Positions 42,375-52,630 of a stretch of 64,000 nt of DNA are shown in pieces (within the stretch, counting starts at the first letter, position 1; every line of letters starts with the position of its first letter). Below the pieces are notes generated by a model. It had not been told where the DNA came from and made no database searches. It was given only the letters and a program-made list of their open reading frames with translations. A program made the position numbers and the translations under genes. This DNA is from Nitrosopumilaceae archaeon (GTDB lineage Archaea; Thermoproteota; Nitrososphaeria; Nitrososphaerales; Nitrosopumilaceae). The stretch is taken from positions 1,856,001 to 1,920,000 of the forward strand of contig OZ242365.1 of the NCBI GenBank assembly GCA_965208905.1. Reading direction: 5' to 3'.

Positions 42375-42614
42375 ATGAAACAGATGGGTGTAGTACTACA
42401 TCAGGCTGGTAGTGGACGTGTAATAATAAGACTGAATGGAGAGGCTTCTGAGGGAGATATATTGTGTAATTCGCAGGGTGTGCGCGTAGCCCGAATTCGA
42501 GAGGTTATAGGGCCGGTAAGGGCACCATATGCTTCGGCTGAACCACTAACTAACAATATACAACGGCATATGGGTGAGCCGGTGAGCATATGTAACAGGG
42601 GGAAGAAACATTGA
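42375..42614 (+). CDS. gar1: H/ACA RNP protein Gar1/Naf1
   Basis: VARIREVIGPVRAPY, in the conserved srp19-gar1-tfb gene order. Confidence 0.85.
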   Translation: MKQMGVVLHQAGSGRVIIRLNGEASEGDILCNSQGVRVARIREVIGPVRAPYASAEPLTNNIQRHMGEPVSICNRGKKH

Positions 42615-43552
42615 TGTCTGAAACCTCTAGATGTGCAGAGTGTAGTGCTCCACTCATACATGATATGGATAGTGGGGAGATGGTATGTTGCAAATGCGGT
42701 ATTGTGGCAGATGATCACATGCCGGATCCTGTCATGTCGCCCTTGGGTTTGTTTGATGATCAGGGTCAAAGAATGCCCCGGGTTTCGGGCCAGCTGACGC
42801 TATCTCAGCATGATATGGGTGTGATGACAGGTATTGCATCTGGCAGCACAGACTTTAGCGGAAATGTCATAGCGCGAGTCACACAGTCAAAGATGACCAA
42901 ACTACGAAGATGGCAGAATAGAATTCGTATTAATGGAAATCGGGACAGGCGTACATCTGAAGTTTTGAATAGGGTTTCTGATATATGCAATGCACTGTCA
43001 TTACCAAAGACAGTTTTGGAGAGTGCCTCGCTGACATATCGTAACTTAGATAGTACTGTGGATCTTAAAAATAAATCCACAGTGGCAGTTGCATGCGCCA
43101 TGGTGTATATGGGCTGTAAAAAATGTGATGCCATAAGATCCATGCAGGAGCTAGTCAACTCCATCTGCCCGCAAAAGGAGGTGCGCCTCAAAACAAGATT
43201 GGCGAACCGCTACTATCGTACACTGGTACTAGAGACCGGAAGTCCCCGTTCTGAGCCAATACCAATAGACAAGTATATCTCAAAGATATCGAACATATCT
43301 GAGGCTAGTGGACATGCTGAGCGATTGGCCTTACGACTGGCCCACAAGACCAAAAATCAAGATATTAGTAATGGTCGTGACCCCGGGGGTCTGGCCGCCG
43401 CATATCTATGCATCGCAAGTATGTTGCTCAGTCCAGACAATATTCAGCGAGACATTACTGAAGCGTCGGGCGTAACCAATGTTACCGTCAGGGGTAGATG
43501 TAAAACAATACTCTCCACATATGATATACGTGTGACACTAAATCCTTCATAA
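42614..43552 (+). CDS. tfb: Transcription initiation factor IIB
   Basis: Zn ribbon CAEC...GEMVCCKCG, LRRWQ and cyclin repeats (GRDPGGLAAAYL). Confidence 0.93.
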   Translation: MSETSRCAECSAPLIHDMDSGEMVCCKCGIVADDHMPDPVMSPLGLFDDQGQRMPRVSGQLTLSQHDMGVMTGIASGSTDFSGNVIARVTQSKMTKLRRWQNRIRINGNRDRRTSEVLNRVSDICNALSLPKTVLESASLTYRNLDSTVDLKNKSTVAVACAMVYMGCKKCDAIRSMQELVNSICPQKEVRLKTRLANRYYRTLVLETGSPRSEPIPIDKYISKISNISEASGHAERLALRLAHKTKNQDISNGRDPGGLAAAYLCIASMLLSPDNIQRDITEASGVTNVTVRGRCKTILSTYDIRVTLNPS

Positions 43553-43606
43553 TTAGCACAAGCTAAATTTCGCAGGCATTTTATATAGAACAATGATATC
43601 TGCAAT

Positions 43607-44368
43607 ATGGCAAAACTCAAGATAGTGGATTTGCATGTAAAGCGAGACGGTAAGGAGATTCTCAAAGGGGTCAACCTTACTACGGGACCTGGCGAGGTAC
43701 ATGCCATTATGGGCCCCAATGGTTCGGGCAAGTCTACCTTGGCATATACGCTGCTTGCCCATCCAAAGTATGAGGTCACATCTGGCGATATACTGCTGGA
43801 TGGTGAAAGTATACTGGAACTGACCGCTGATGAGAGAGCACGTAAAGGGCTTTTCTTGGGATTTCAATACCCTACAGAAGTATCCGGAGTCGGGTTTTCG
43901 CATTTTCTCAGAACCTCATACAACTCATTGAGCAAGGCCATGCAGGGCGAAGACCGGGAGGTCTTTATTACTGTCCGGGAGTTTCAAAAGTATCTGAGGA
44001 ACAATCTTGAGCAGGTGGGTTTGGACAAAGAGTTTCTTAGTAGATATTTGAACGAGGGCTTTTCTGGAGGCGAGAAGAAGCGTTCTGAAGTGCTACAGAT
44101 GGCAGTACTCAAACCCAAGATATCGATTCTAGATGAACCCGACTCGGGTTTGGATATAGATGCGGTACAGGCTGTGGCAAAGGCCATTAGTGATGTATCT
44201 GTAAGTGATGCCACTGTAGTGGTGATAACCCACTATGCACGAATATTGAAGTTTCTGAAAAAACTAGACTATGTACACGTCTTTGCCAAGGGTCAAATAC
44301 TCCGCAGCGGCGACGCTTCACTGGCCGAAGAGCTGGAGAAGCGCGGTTACGAATGGATAACACAATAA
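43607..44368 (+). CDS. sufC: Fe-S cluster assembly ATPase SufC
   Basis: GPNGSGKST, FQYP, NEGFSGGEKKR and DSGLDIDA. Confidence 0.96.
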   Translation: MAKLKIVDLHVKRDGKEILKGVNLTTGPGEVHAIMGPNGSGKSTLAYTLLAHPKYEVTSGDILLDGESILELTADERARKGLFLGFQYPTEVSGVGFSHFLRTSYNSLSKAMQGEDREVFITVREFQKYLRNNLEQVGLDKEFLSRYLNEGFSGGEKKRSEVLQMAVLKPKISILDEPDSGLDIDAVQAVAKAISDVSVSDATVVVITHYARILKFLKKLDYVHVFAKGQILRSGDASLAEELEKRGYEWITQ

Positions 44369-44392
44369 GCATACAATCAGGTGCGTCCGCCA

Positions 44393-45013
44393 ATGGCAGA
44401 CATATTTGACATATTTACAGAATATTCGTACGCGGGCATATTTGCAATATTGGTGGCATTGAATGCCGCACCCCTACTGATGCCACCCACTTGGATTGTA
44501 TTGGCGTCATTTTATACTGTAGACCCCACATATGATGTGCTGTTGCTGTCTTTGGTGGGCTCGAGCGGCGCCACACTAGGACGTTTTATACTGCAACGGT
44601 ATAGCAGCTTCTTTCGACGCTTTGCTGGGCCACAAAGACGTGCCGGCTTGGACATAATAAACAAGACACTGTCCAAGAGACGGTACGGGTACGGCGTAGC
44701 CTCATTTTTGTTTGCGGCCACGCCCTTACCTAGTAACATGCTGTTTGTGGCATATGGCTTGATGGGTGCCAAAAATATTGGCATGTATGTGGGATTTTGG
44801 TGTGGGCGAGTGGTCTCATACTATGTGATGATATCTGTGAGTCGTGTGGTCTTGGTGCCGTTTTTGCAGTTATTTCAAGACAGGTATGTGGGAATTCTTG
44901 TGGCTGACGCTGCGGGCGTAGGTGTTGTAATATTGTTTGCATGTATCGATTGGGACCTGTTGTTGACTGATAAAAAGTTACGATTCATACGACCTCGAGT
45001 GTGGCGATTATAG
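44393..45013 (+). CDS. DedA/VTT-like membrane protein
   Basis: Hydrophobic, with MPPTW, GATLG and FAATPLPSN. Confidence 0.7.
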   Translation: MADIFDIFTEYSYAGIFAILVALNAAPLLMPPTWIVLASFYTVDPTYDVLLLSLVGSSGATLGRFILQRYSSFFRRFAGPQRRAGLDIINKTLSKRRYGYGVASFLFAATPLPSNMLFVAYGLMGAKNIGMYVGFWCGRVVSYYVMISVSRVVLVPFLQLFQDRYVGILVADAAGVGVVILFACIDWDLLLTDKKLRFIRPRVWRL

Positions 45014-45887
45014 CGGGAATGGCAAACCCAATTATCAATAACACTCCGGATATACGCGAATACATCAGGGCATACCTCATCTGTCTCTTTGGCATCACGT
45101 GGTCTCTGCGCAAATTCTTGTTGGCTAGTACCCCAAATGGCATACTGAATAGCGATATCATACAGTATATTGGAAATGCATTACTGTATATGCCGTATAA
45201 TATTATTGCAGTAAACAATACGGGAAATATTATGCATAGTCGGGCGGCACGTACTGGACCTAAACGTATCACCAAAGTCTTGCGACCACCACTCTTATCG
45301 GCATCATGGTCCGGGAATGATGTCATGTATAGGACAAACGCAGATAGCGAACCTGCAGCAACTCCTGCCAGTACGGCTATCTCGTTTAGTTGTGTGGTTT
45401 GTATGTAGAATGATCCCAAAACGATAAGGGCCCCCTTTATGCCAACAAATGTCTCTCCTAAACCCCAATCCACTATCTTTGTTGAGTAAAAGTATATGGA
45501 GAGTATGGCAAAGCCCAAAATTATGCCGACCACCACTCCATGCGTGTATATGTAATATGCGCCTACTGCGCCACCAACAAGCAGGCACAGTATGCCCGCC
45601 CTGTATACTGTATTGGGTGGGAGTAGTCCTTCTGGAAGTACACCTGTACCACCACTCATACCGGTCTTTTTGGTTTTTGTATCAATACCGCGCTTGTAAT
45701 CCCTGTAGTCGTTTAGCAGGTCTACACTCGCATGCAATGCCATGACTCCAAATATGACAAGCAGTAGATCAAGCAGGTTTATCGTATGGTGCGTGTATAG
45801 TGATATTATGCCTCCCAATGTGGCGGATATGACTGATGATAACAGAAACTTTACCCTAATGGCCCTAAGCCAGACGTATGGGGACAT
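44985..45887 (-). CDS. UbiA-family prenyltransferase (MenA-like)
   Basis: WLRAIR, NDYRDYKRGID and PDHDADKSGGRKTL. Confidence 0.9.
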   Translation of the reverse strand: MSPYVWLRAIRVKFLLSSVISATLGGIISLYTHHTINLLDLLLVIFGVMALHASVDLLNDYRDYKRGIDTKTKKTGMSGGTGVLPEGLLPPNTVYRAGILCLLVGGAVGAYYIYTHGVVVGIILGFAILSIYFYSTKIVDWGLGETFVGIKGALIVLGSFYIQTTQLNEIAVLAGVAAGSLSAFVLYMTSFPDHDADKSGGRKTLVIRLGPVRAARLCIIFPVLFTAIILYGIYSNAFPIYCMISLFSMPFGVLANKNLRRDHVMPKRQMRYALMYSRISGVLLIIGFAIPAIIATLEVV

Positions 45888-45956
45888 TATACACTCTATC
45901 AGTACCATCATACATAGTAAAATAGATACTGCGTAATTGAGTGAGTATAACTCTAG

Positions 45957-46211
45957 CTACGTGTCAGGAATTTTGTACCAGAGCCTTTTGGGCATAAGAA
46001 ACCACTTTACCACAAGTGCCGTTCCTACAAGGTATATCATTATGCCTATCGGCTCTATCCAATTTTGGTTGCCCACACCCGCACTTATGTTTAACATCGG
46101 TTCAACACCGTACAGGAATATGACTCCGACAGTCAGTGGGGCCATACCCACAAAGAAGAGCATTAGGGTACCTGTATCACGTATGGCTCGCAGAAGGTCT
46201 CTATGTACCAT
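45957..46211 (-). CDS. Small two-TM membrane protein (possibly the C-terminal part of the FNT gene)
   Basis: Two hydrophobic segments and an 11-nt overlap with the FNT stop. Confidence 0.6.
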   Translation of the reverse strand: MVHRDLLRAIRDTGTLMLFFVGMAPLTVGVIFLYGVEPMLNISAGVGNQNWIEPIGIMIYLVGTALVVKWFLMPKRLWYKIPDT

Positions 46212-47097
46212 GCGGCTTCTTCCATTTGTTTGGTCCTTGCCATATCTGCATGCCGCCGATATACCAATACACCATACCCTGAAATATCATCGCGCCAATT
46301 ATGTTTCCCAATGTTACAGGTACCAGATTGTTAAACCATGCCTCGCCCCAGGTGTAGTCGGCCCCCGCCCATATGCCTGCCGCCAAGGCAAAGTGATTCA
46401 CTATACTGTGCTCAAATCCTATGGCAAAGAATACGGATACGGGAATTCCAATCAAAAGAATCTTTCCGACAATTGACTGTGTTCTGTATCCTCCCCAAAC
46501 ACCCATGGCAATCAACCAGTTGGCAAATATGCCTCTATAGAATAATTGATCCCATGAAAGGTCATGCACCTTTGTGGTGCCTATCTCTGCAAGTGTATTC
46601 ATTAATGTGGATCCTATGGGGCCAGCCTGACCTGCGCCGATTATTATCATCCAGCCTATGACAAAACCCGCAATCCAGTGTCCGGAATGAGTGATGGACC
46701 ATTCCCAGAGCACCTCTCGCCACCGGGAGCGGCGTGTCATAAGCGATATGCCGCTAGTCATGTAGTCCCCGGTTACCAGATTTGAGCCATACAGTATGAC
46801 CAGGACCAATGCCGAGAATCCGAATACGGCAAACGAGAGAAACTTGGCCAAACCCTCAGACAGGTCCACGGCTACTGTGGATGCGATCATCCATGCCAAA
46901 AATGCGGCAAATGCCAGATAGACGGTTGCCTGCCAACCCATGAGTATTCCCTGAGCTGGATTCACCTTGGTCTTTGCAACTCCCAGATTACTCAATGCCC
47001 TTATGGTGTCTGGAATGTTAAAGAGGCCTGTCATTATACGTGGCGGAGACTCTTCCTGTTCAGAGTCGTCTTTTATGTCATCATGATCCTGAGCCAT
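46201..47097 (-). CDS. Formate/nitrite transporter (FNT) family
   Basis: GSNLVTG, GIFANWL, GFEHSIVN and PVTLGNIIG. Confidence 0.92.
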   Translation of the reverse strand: MAQDHDDIKDDSEQEESPPRIMTGLFNIPDTIRALSNLGVAKTKVNPAQGILMGWQATVYLAFAAFLAWMIASTVAVDLSEGLAKFLSFAVFGFSALVLVILYGSNLVTGDYMTSGISLMTRRSRWREVLWEWSITHSGHWIAGFVIGWMIIIGAGQAGPIGSTLMNTLAEIGTTKVHDLSWDQLFYRGIFANWLIAMGVWGGYRTQSIVGKILLIGIPVSVFFAIGFEHSIVNHFALAAGIWAGADYTWGEAWFNNLVPVTLGNIIGAMIFQGMVYWYIGGMQIWQGPNKWKKPHGT

Positions 47098-47146
47098 ATT
47101 GTAAGACTTTTGTGTTATCTTATTTATGTAATAGTTGTTCTGGGTT

Positions 47147-47575
47147 CTGGGAAGATGTGGTGACCTGACGGATGGTGGGAAATTGGTGACCTAAAACGGA
47201 GCTGGGTAGAAATGGTGACCTAGAAAATATTGGGTAATTTGTGACCTAGAGTGGGTAAAATGTGACCTACTACCTACGTTTCCAGTCCAGACCCCAATTT
47301 CCACTCCGGGGGAGCTGGTGAACTGTCCCAAATACAGCGCGTGTCCCAAAGCAGCGCGTAGACTCAGCGTAACCTACGTTTCCAGTCCAGACCTACGTTT
47401 CCACTCCACTGTGTGGACCCACATTTCCAGTCCACACTCCTGATCTCACTAGACCTCAGTTTCCCTCTGGGTCACATTTTACCCACTCTGGGTCACATAT
47501 TTCCCAATATTTTCTAAGTCACCGTATCTTCCCAGCCCCCACTTTGGGACAGGCGCCATTAATGGGACAGTTCAC
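47147..47575. repeat. Complex repeat: five direct GGG-N-GTGACCT units, about six ACCnnnnTTCCAnTCC units, three inverted GTGACC units
   Basis: Read directly from sequence. 47470-47535 is the inverted copy of left-arm units 1, 4 and 5. Confidence 0.9.
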
Positions 47576-47650
47576 ATAAAGTGTAACTACTGCATCTCCG
47601 GTACATGGTGAGTGGTGTTGTGTGGGGTACGTGATCACCCTTCGGAAGTG

Positions 47651-48967
47651 TTAGTCTCCAGCGGGGGTGCTCCCGTAGGCGGCACTACCCGTGACATTGC
47701 CCGTCAACTGAATTACCTGTACGGCGCTAAAAAACCCCATGACCACATAGGTGTGACCAGACGACTCGAAGATGTCTATATCTACGCTGAATGGACAGCA
47801 TGAGTGGTTGTTGTCTTTGGCGAGGTGTTCGGCTGGTGTGATATGGTACGGGTTGGTTAAATCCAACACCTGTGTACCTTCCCGTGAGGTGACGACCGCG
47901 TAGTCACGGTTGGCAGACTCAAAGGTGGCTATGTATCTAACGCCATCAAGGACGATATCTTCCCCGTCACCGATACCGTCAGTCGGTACGATGTTGTACG
48001 GGTCAGTTACGTCTAACACCTGCACACCATCATCCAATTGCGCGGCGATTACAGCGTAGGTGCGGTCGGCCACCTTGAAGGTGTCGCCATACCATGCCTT
48101 TTTCAGGTATAGGTCTTGACTATTGCCGATGATGTCAGTATCGATAAGTGTATGCTGGTCGGTAATCTTCTTCACATATACGCCGCTTCCAAACATCCAA
48201 ACCGCATAGGTATGGTTGGCCAACTCGAAGGTGGCGATGTCGCTCGCATACCCGTGACAGTCGTCGGAGATGCGGTCTGTTCGGAAGATGTTGTACGGGT
48301 CGGTTAGGTCGATTATCTGCGTGATGGTTTTATAATGTGTAGCCCCTATCAGGGGAGCGCCTAACCCGTCATAAGAGACTACGGGCAATGCCCTCTTTGA
48401 CGATATTATCGCGTAGGTGTGGTTTGCCGACTCGAATATGGCGATTTTGGGCGGCCAAATATGTACCAGACCGTCGTCGTAGGTGGCGGTGTAGCCGGCA
48501 GGGATGATATTGTACGGATCGGTCAAGTTAAACGTCTGAATGCCCTCGGTTGTGATGGTTGCGGCGTAGATACCGTCAGCCGACTCGAATGTTTCTATAT
48601 CCAACCCACCGGACTGATGAAGGCCGGCAGGGATGATATTGTACGGATCGGTCAGGTCAAGGACCTGCATGCCCCCGTGCGAGATGACTGCAAGATAGTT
48701 GCGACCGGCCGACCCGAAAGTGGCTAGGGCCTCTATGACGTCGAGGTTGAGACTGTCGTCGTCTGAGATGCGGTCAGCCACGGTCATGTTGATTGCGGTT
48801 GGCAACCCGGCCGCGAAAACGTGCGGCGGTCCGGAGGGAGCTGGTGCGAACGCGACGATGGCAGCTACCATCACTACGACGCTACCTGTACCAACGCTCG
48901 CCTGCAACACACATACATACGGACCTTTAATACTTAAATGGAGTGGTTCCCTCCTCAACTTGTGCAA
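47651..48967 (-). CDS. LVIVD-like repeat (beta-propeller) surface protein
   Basis: Repeats GVQVLDLTDPYNIIP and TYAV, with a hydrophobic N-terminal stretch. Start uncertain. Confidence 0.8.
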   Translation of the reverse strand: MHKLRREPLHLSIKGPYVCVLQASVGTGSVVVMVAAIVAFAPAPSGPPHVFAAGLPTAINMTVADRISDDDSLNLDVIEALATFGSAGRNYLAVISHGGMQVLDLTDPYNIIPAGLHQSGGLDIETFESADGIYAATITTEGIQTFNLTDPYNIIPAGYTATYDDGLVHIWPPKIAIFESANHTYAIISSKRALPVVSYDGLGAPLIGATHYKTITQIIDLTDPYNIFRTDRISDDCHGYASDIATFELANHTYAVWMFGSGVYVKKITDQHTLIDTDIIGNSQDLYLKKAWYGDTFKVADRTYAVIAAQLDDGVQVLDVTDPYNIVPTDGIGDGEDIVLDGVRYIATFESANRDYAVVTSREGTQVLDLTNPYHITPAEHLAKDNNHSCCPFSVDIDIFESSGHTYVVMGFFSAVQVIQLTGNVTGSAAYGSTPAGD

Positions 48968-49034
48968 TCCCGAAATTAGTTCGCCTCCTATGGAACATCA
49001 CACACGTTTCAGTCGGTCGCACCGCGGGTCATCT

Positions 49035-49101
49035 TATATGGGACAAATTCGTCGATTCAGGTCATCGCACTTAAAATCTATCGGATCCTATTGTCCGCTA
49101 G
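49035..49101. mobile_element. Solo end of the IS630-derived MITE
   Basis: gggacaaattcgtcgattcagg...ctatcggatcctattgtccgctag followed by TA. Confidence 0.82.
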
Positions 49102-49114
49102 TAGGGGTATATGA

Positions 49115-49272
49115 CCACCATTTTCACTCCAGAATTTTGACCTCATTTCCACTCCACGTATGAAGTATCTACAAAACAACCAGACCCCAGTTTCCACTCC
49201 GGGTCACATTTTACCCACTCTAGGTCACAAATTACCCAAACGTATGGTAGGTCACCATTTCTACCCAGCTCC
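49115..49272. repeat. Second right arm of the GTGACC repeat family
   Basis: Three TT[CT]CACTCC units, then 49202-49272, which is the reverse complement of 47198-47267 apart from one spacer. Confidence 0.9.
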
Positions 49273-49491
49273 CCTAAAACGTGGCTGTAAAATCTACGTG
49301 AGATTAGATACCTGTAAAGCGCGTGAGATGGGCAGAAATGATGGTTATGAAATTATCAACCTCCAAGCAGGTGCGCCTACAACGGTGTGTATGTATCTGG
49401 GATGATGCTAGTGATGTACAAGCCGCGTGGCGCAGTCTATGACACGATATCTTCAATACTTTGGAGATTCTCACACTTTCCCACACTGGCA

Positions 49492-49800
49492 CTACCTGGT
49501 GATAAACATGGCACCCACCAGTACCAGCGGTCCCGGTTTTTCATCTGTCCCGCCAGGCCTATCGTCTCCAACCCCTATATCTTCACCAATTTTCTTGATC
49601 TCTGATGCCAGTGACATTATATCATGGTCTGTATCATAGTCATCCAGCATATCCTCCAGGCGTTCCACCCACTGCCGTAGATCCGCCGACTTCAGTATGT
49701 GGTCGACTGTCTCGGCCTTCTCCAGTGTAAGGCCACCCATATCCATCTCATTGACCAATATCTCCTGAATGCGCATGATTGCCTTCTCTGCCTTTTTTGT
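49492..49800 (-). pseudogene. Acidic helical protein fragment, probably 5'-truncated by the TIR at 49800
   Basis: The frame stays open (PTKKAEKAIMRIQE) up to the TIR. Confidence 0.45.
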
Positions 49801-49883
49801 GGGCTGTGACGTTATCTGCGCGTGTCATAACAGCGCGTATTTGACACAACTGCTATACAGTTGGACTTGTGCCCAATACAGCA
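49800..49883. mobile_element. Solo left end of the TGGGCTGTGA-TIR element family
   Basis: Aligns with 24028-24110 over ~80 bp. No partner end found in the window. Confidence 0.8.
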
Positions 49884-49953
49884 TGTATAGCTCAGCGACA
49901 TCTAGTACTAAACGTGACGTTTAATTACCAACTCATCAATATATTATCGTGTT

Positions 49954-50637
49954 TTGAAAACCACATTAAGTGATTTGGACAAACTGGCGCATGATAATAA
50001 AATGCATCAAGACCGTTGGGTACGCGGTGATTACGTGCCTACCAAATTTGACAAAATAGTAAGCGAGATGGAGTCTACACACGGGGTTGACGCGGTATGG
50101 AACAGTGTTAGAGACATATTGTTGACAACTAACGATGAGTACGTGCGCCGTGAGCTGATCGAAAGTTATGGTAATAGTAAGGTTGATGATGAACACAAGA
50201 TGAGTCTCTTGGAAATGATACTACTCGATGACAAAATCAACAAAACCAGTAAGTCAACGGCGATGAAGGAGTTAAAGGAGCCTTTTTGGGATGATGCTTG
50301 GCCAAAATTTCTAAAGAGATTGTACCGTGTGGTTGACGATGAGGTGCGACAAACTCTCTGTTACGAGTTGGCTTTGATTGATTTTCACACATCCGGTATC
50401 AGGGATGACGCAAACAAGGACGACAACATATATCTTCAAAGACTGGTTTGGTATTTCTGTGAGATGTTGACCGTTTATCCGCGCGACAGAATATTAAGTA
50501 AGGTGGAGGACAAATACGTGCCAAAATACGGCAAGAAACAAGTCGTCAAGGTGTTGAATTTCATCCTGTATAATGAGTATTCAACCGATAGGACACGTGA
50601 TTATGCAAAATATGTTATGGGGAAACTGAACCCATGA
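49954..50637 (+). CDS. Hypothetical helical protein
   Basis: 227-codon ORF with an ATGA overlap onto the next ORF. No recognised motif. Confidence 0.65.
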   Translation: MKTTLSDLDKLAHDNKMHQDRWVRGDYVPTKFDKIVSEMESTHGVDAVWNSVRDILLTTNDEYVRRELIESYGNSKVDDEHKMSLLEMILLDDKINKTSKSTAMKELKEPFWDDAWPKFLKRLYRVVDDEVRQTLCYELALIDFHTSGIRDDANKDDNIYLQRLVWYFCEMLTVYPRDRILSKVEDKYVPKYGKKQVVKVLNFILYNEYSTDRTRDYAKYVMGKLNP

Positions 50638-51155
50638 ATATGTTATCGGATGCACTACGCAAAGTCAACAATAACAACTTTTTACGGGATTGGGGGATAA
50701 AGAGCCGTGAAGAAAAATTACAGGATGGTGATTTTAAAACAATACTAAACGAGTTGAGAGGGAAAACACTCTCCATGTACAAAAATACATTCTCAATGGG
50801 GTTTGCCGAAGATGTGGCCGCCATGGCCGTCAAAAGGAAGAATATACAAAGAACGTCATTTATTGTTTTCAGAAAAGTTGATGGTTGTTTGATGTTTTTG
50901 GATGGTGATGATACAGGTGGTACTGGTGTCGACGCGGTTGACAGAACGCATGTTGTGGCGTATGGTATAGACGAAGATAAATTACTGGAGATTCTAGATG
51001 GTATACATGATGAAGATTTTGTGACCATAGATGAGGATGGAGTCTACAGGGGGTTGGTGCGGCTTGAACGCGGTCAACCAAATCTAACTGAAATTTACGA
51101 TGGTGTATTTTCCGAGAGGAGGTTGAAAGTTTTAGATGAATATAGGAGTTTGTAA
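50634..51155 (+). CDS. Hypothetical protein
   Basis: 173-codon ORF coupled to the upstream ORF. No recognised motif. Confidence 0.65.
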   Translation: MNMLSDALRKVNNNNFLRDWGIKSREEKLQDGDFKTILNELRGKTLSMYKNTFSMGFAEDVAAMAVKRKNIQRTSFIVFRKVDGCLMFLDGDDTGGTGVDAVDRTHVVAYGIDEDKLLEILDGIHDEDFVTIDEDGVYRGLVRLERGQPNLTEIYDGVFSERRLKVLDEYRSL

Positions 51156-51555
51156 AATACGGAACTTCCATGTGTTTGGGTTGCTAAAACCCATTGATGT
51201 TATGTGTTGGTAATACATTTGGTTCGGTCCAAATGGTATAGGGCTGTCCGATTTTTAAGTATTAGGTGCATCTTTTCGCAAGCTTGGGGTACAAATACGG
51301 CATTATATAGTATGTAAACTCTATCCAAAGTGGTTTGAGTGTATGTCTTATGTAGATTGTGGGCGTATAGGAAATTATGGTGCGCAGAATCCCCCGCGCC
51401 CCCGGGAAAAGGGCAGGTGTTAACCCCGTGAAGTTGCAGATGGTTGGCTTTCTGCTGTATTATTTTTGAGCAACCAGACGGCGGGGAGGTACAAAGGGCG
51501 TTGAGCCGCCCCTCGCTGGGCAGGGGGCGGCGAAACGCCCCCGAACCGGTATGCC

Positions 51556-52630
51556 CTAGGCAATATCCCGGTTGGCCACGCGCCTGGCGTTGGTCATCTT
51601 GCGGTTGGTCATGGTTTAGTTGGGATGGTTATATGGTTCGTTCCTGGTCAGCATGTACCACATGTCCTCTAGCATCTCCCGAGCCGCGGCGACCCGAGCC
51701 TTCTGCGGGCCTCTCCTGGCGGCCAGTCGCTCGTATCTACCCTTGCGGCATGGGTCATGCCGAACAGCCACGAACGCCGCCTCTACGGCCGCGTTCCTGA
51801 GCCAGCGGGATCCGGACTTTGGTGATGCCGCCGGTCCGGACTGTGTCTGCGCTGTTCCTGTGGGACGGCACCAGACCCGCGTAGGCGGTCAGCTGCTCAG
51901 GCCTGGCGAACCGGCCTATGTCCCCTATCTCCGCCAGGACGGTCACCGCGGTGACCGGTCCCACCCTGGGCATGGTCATCATAAGACGGGCCCGCGGGTC
52001 AAAGATGGCTATCCTGCAGATCTCCTTTTCCAGCAGGGATATGCGTCTCTCGGTAGCATCAAGGATATACAGGTGGGAGTCAAGCGCCATCCGGTCGTAG
52101 TTCCGGACGGGTGCGGCCCGCAGCCATTCCATACCCTTGGCCGTGTAGATATTCGGGGGCCTCTTGAGCGGATATTTGGTCAGGATAGCGTGCACATGGT
52201 TCTTGTGTTCGGTGGCGTCGTACCGCAAATCCAGGCGGGTGCGGGTAAGCTCGCGCAGGTCCATCTCTTTCCGGGTGGGAACGTAGGATGGTCTATACAG
52301 GTCCCCCCTGGCCAGGTCGGACAACCTCTCAGAGTCGACATTGTCATCCTTAAACTTTGCCTGGGTGATGATCTTGAGGTCGTACGGGTTGACCAGGACC
52401 GGCTTGATGTCTGTCTCCTCCAGCTCGTTGTGGAGTACCTTCCAATAGTTACCGGTAGACTCAAAGATGGCTATCGCCGGCGTGTACCCGCGGTGCAGCA
52501 TTCTTCTGGCGAACGCGTGTATTCCGTCCAGGTCGTTGCTGAACTCAAACTGGTCTAACACCCTTTTAGATCTTTTCTTGGTGGTGGCCACACATCTTCT
52601 CATGTGTACGTCAATTCCGATGTAATGCAA
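51556..52630 (-). pseudogene. IS110-family recombinase/transposase with a frameshift at ~51819
   Basis: YIGIDV, FESTG, KDDNVDS and AYAGLVPSHRNSA. After removing one A it continues GSRWLRNAAVEAA...KARVAAAR. TAA at 51616-51618 and TAG at 51556-51558. Confidence 0.9.

Noticed and set aside
47272-47470. Replication origin (ORB-like GGAGTGGAAAC on the minus strand)
   Set aside because: Only partial resemblance to the ORB consensus, no cdc6/orc1 or AT-rich unwinding element adjacent, and the motif travels with inverted ends elsewhere. Not fully excluded.
47147-47575. CRISPR array
   Set aside because: Units are short and degenerate, spacers are mostly 0-17 nt and recur in the inverted arms, and no cas genes are present.
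49304-49492. Tyrosine recombinase remnant (HRLRHAACTSL resembles HxLRH)
   Set aside because: No downstream LGH or catalytic Tyr and no upstream Arg box, so it is probably chance.
51620-52558. 312-aa plus-strand ORF
   Set aside because: Antisense shadow of the IS110 gene.
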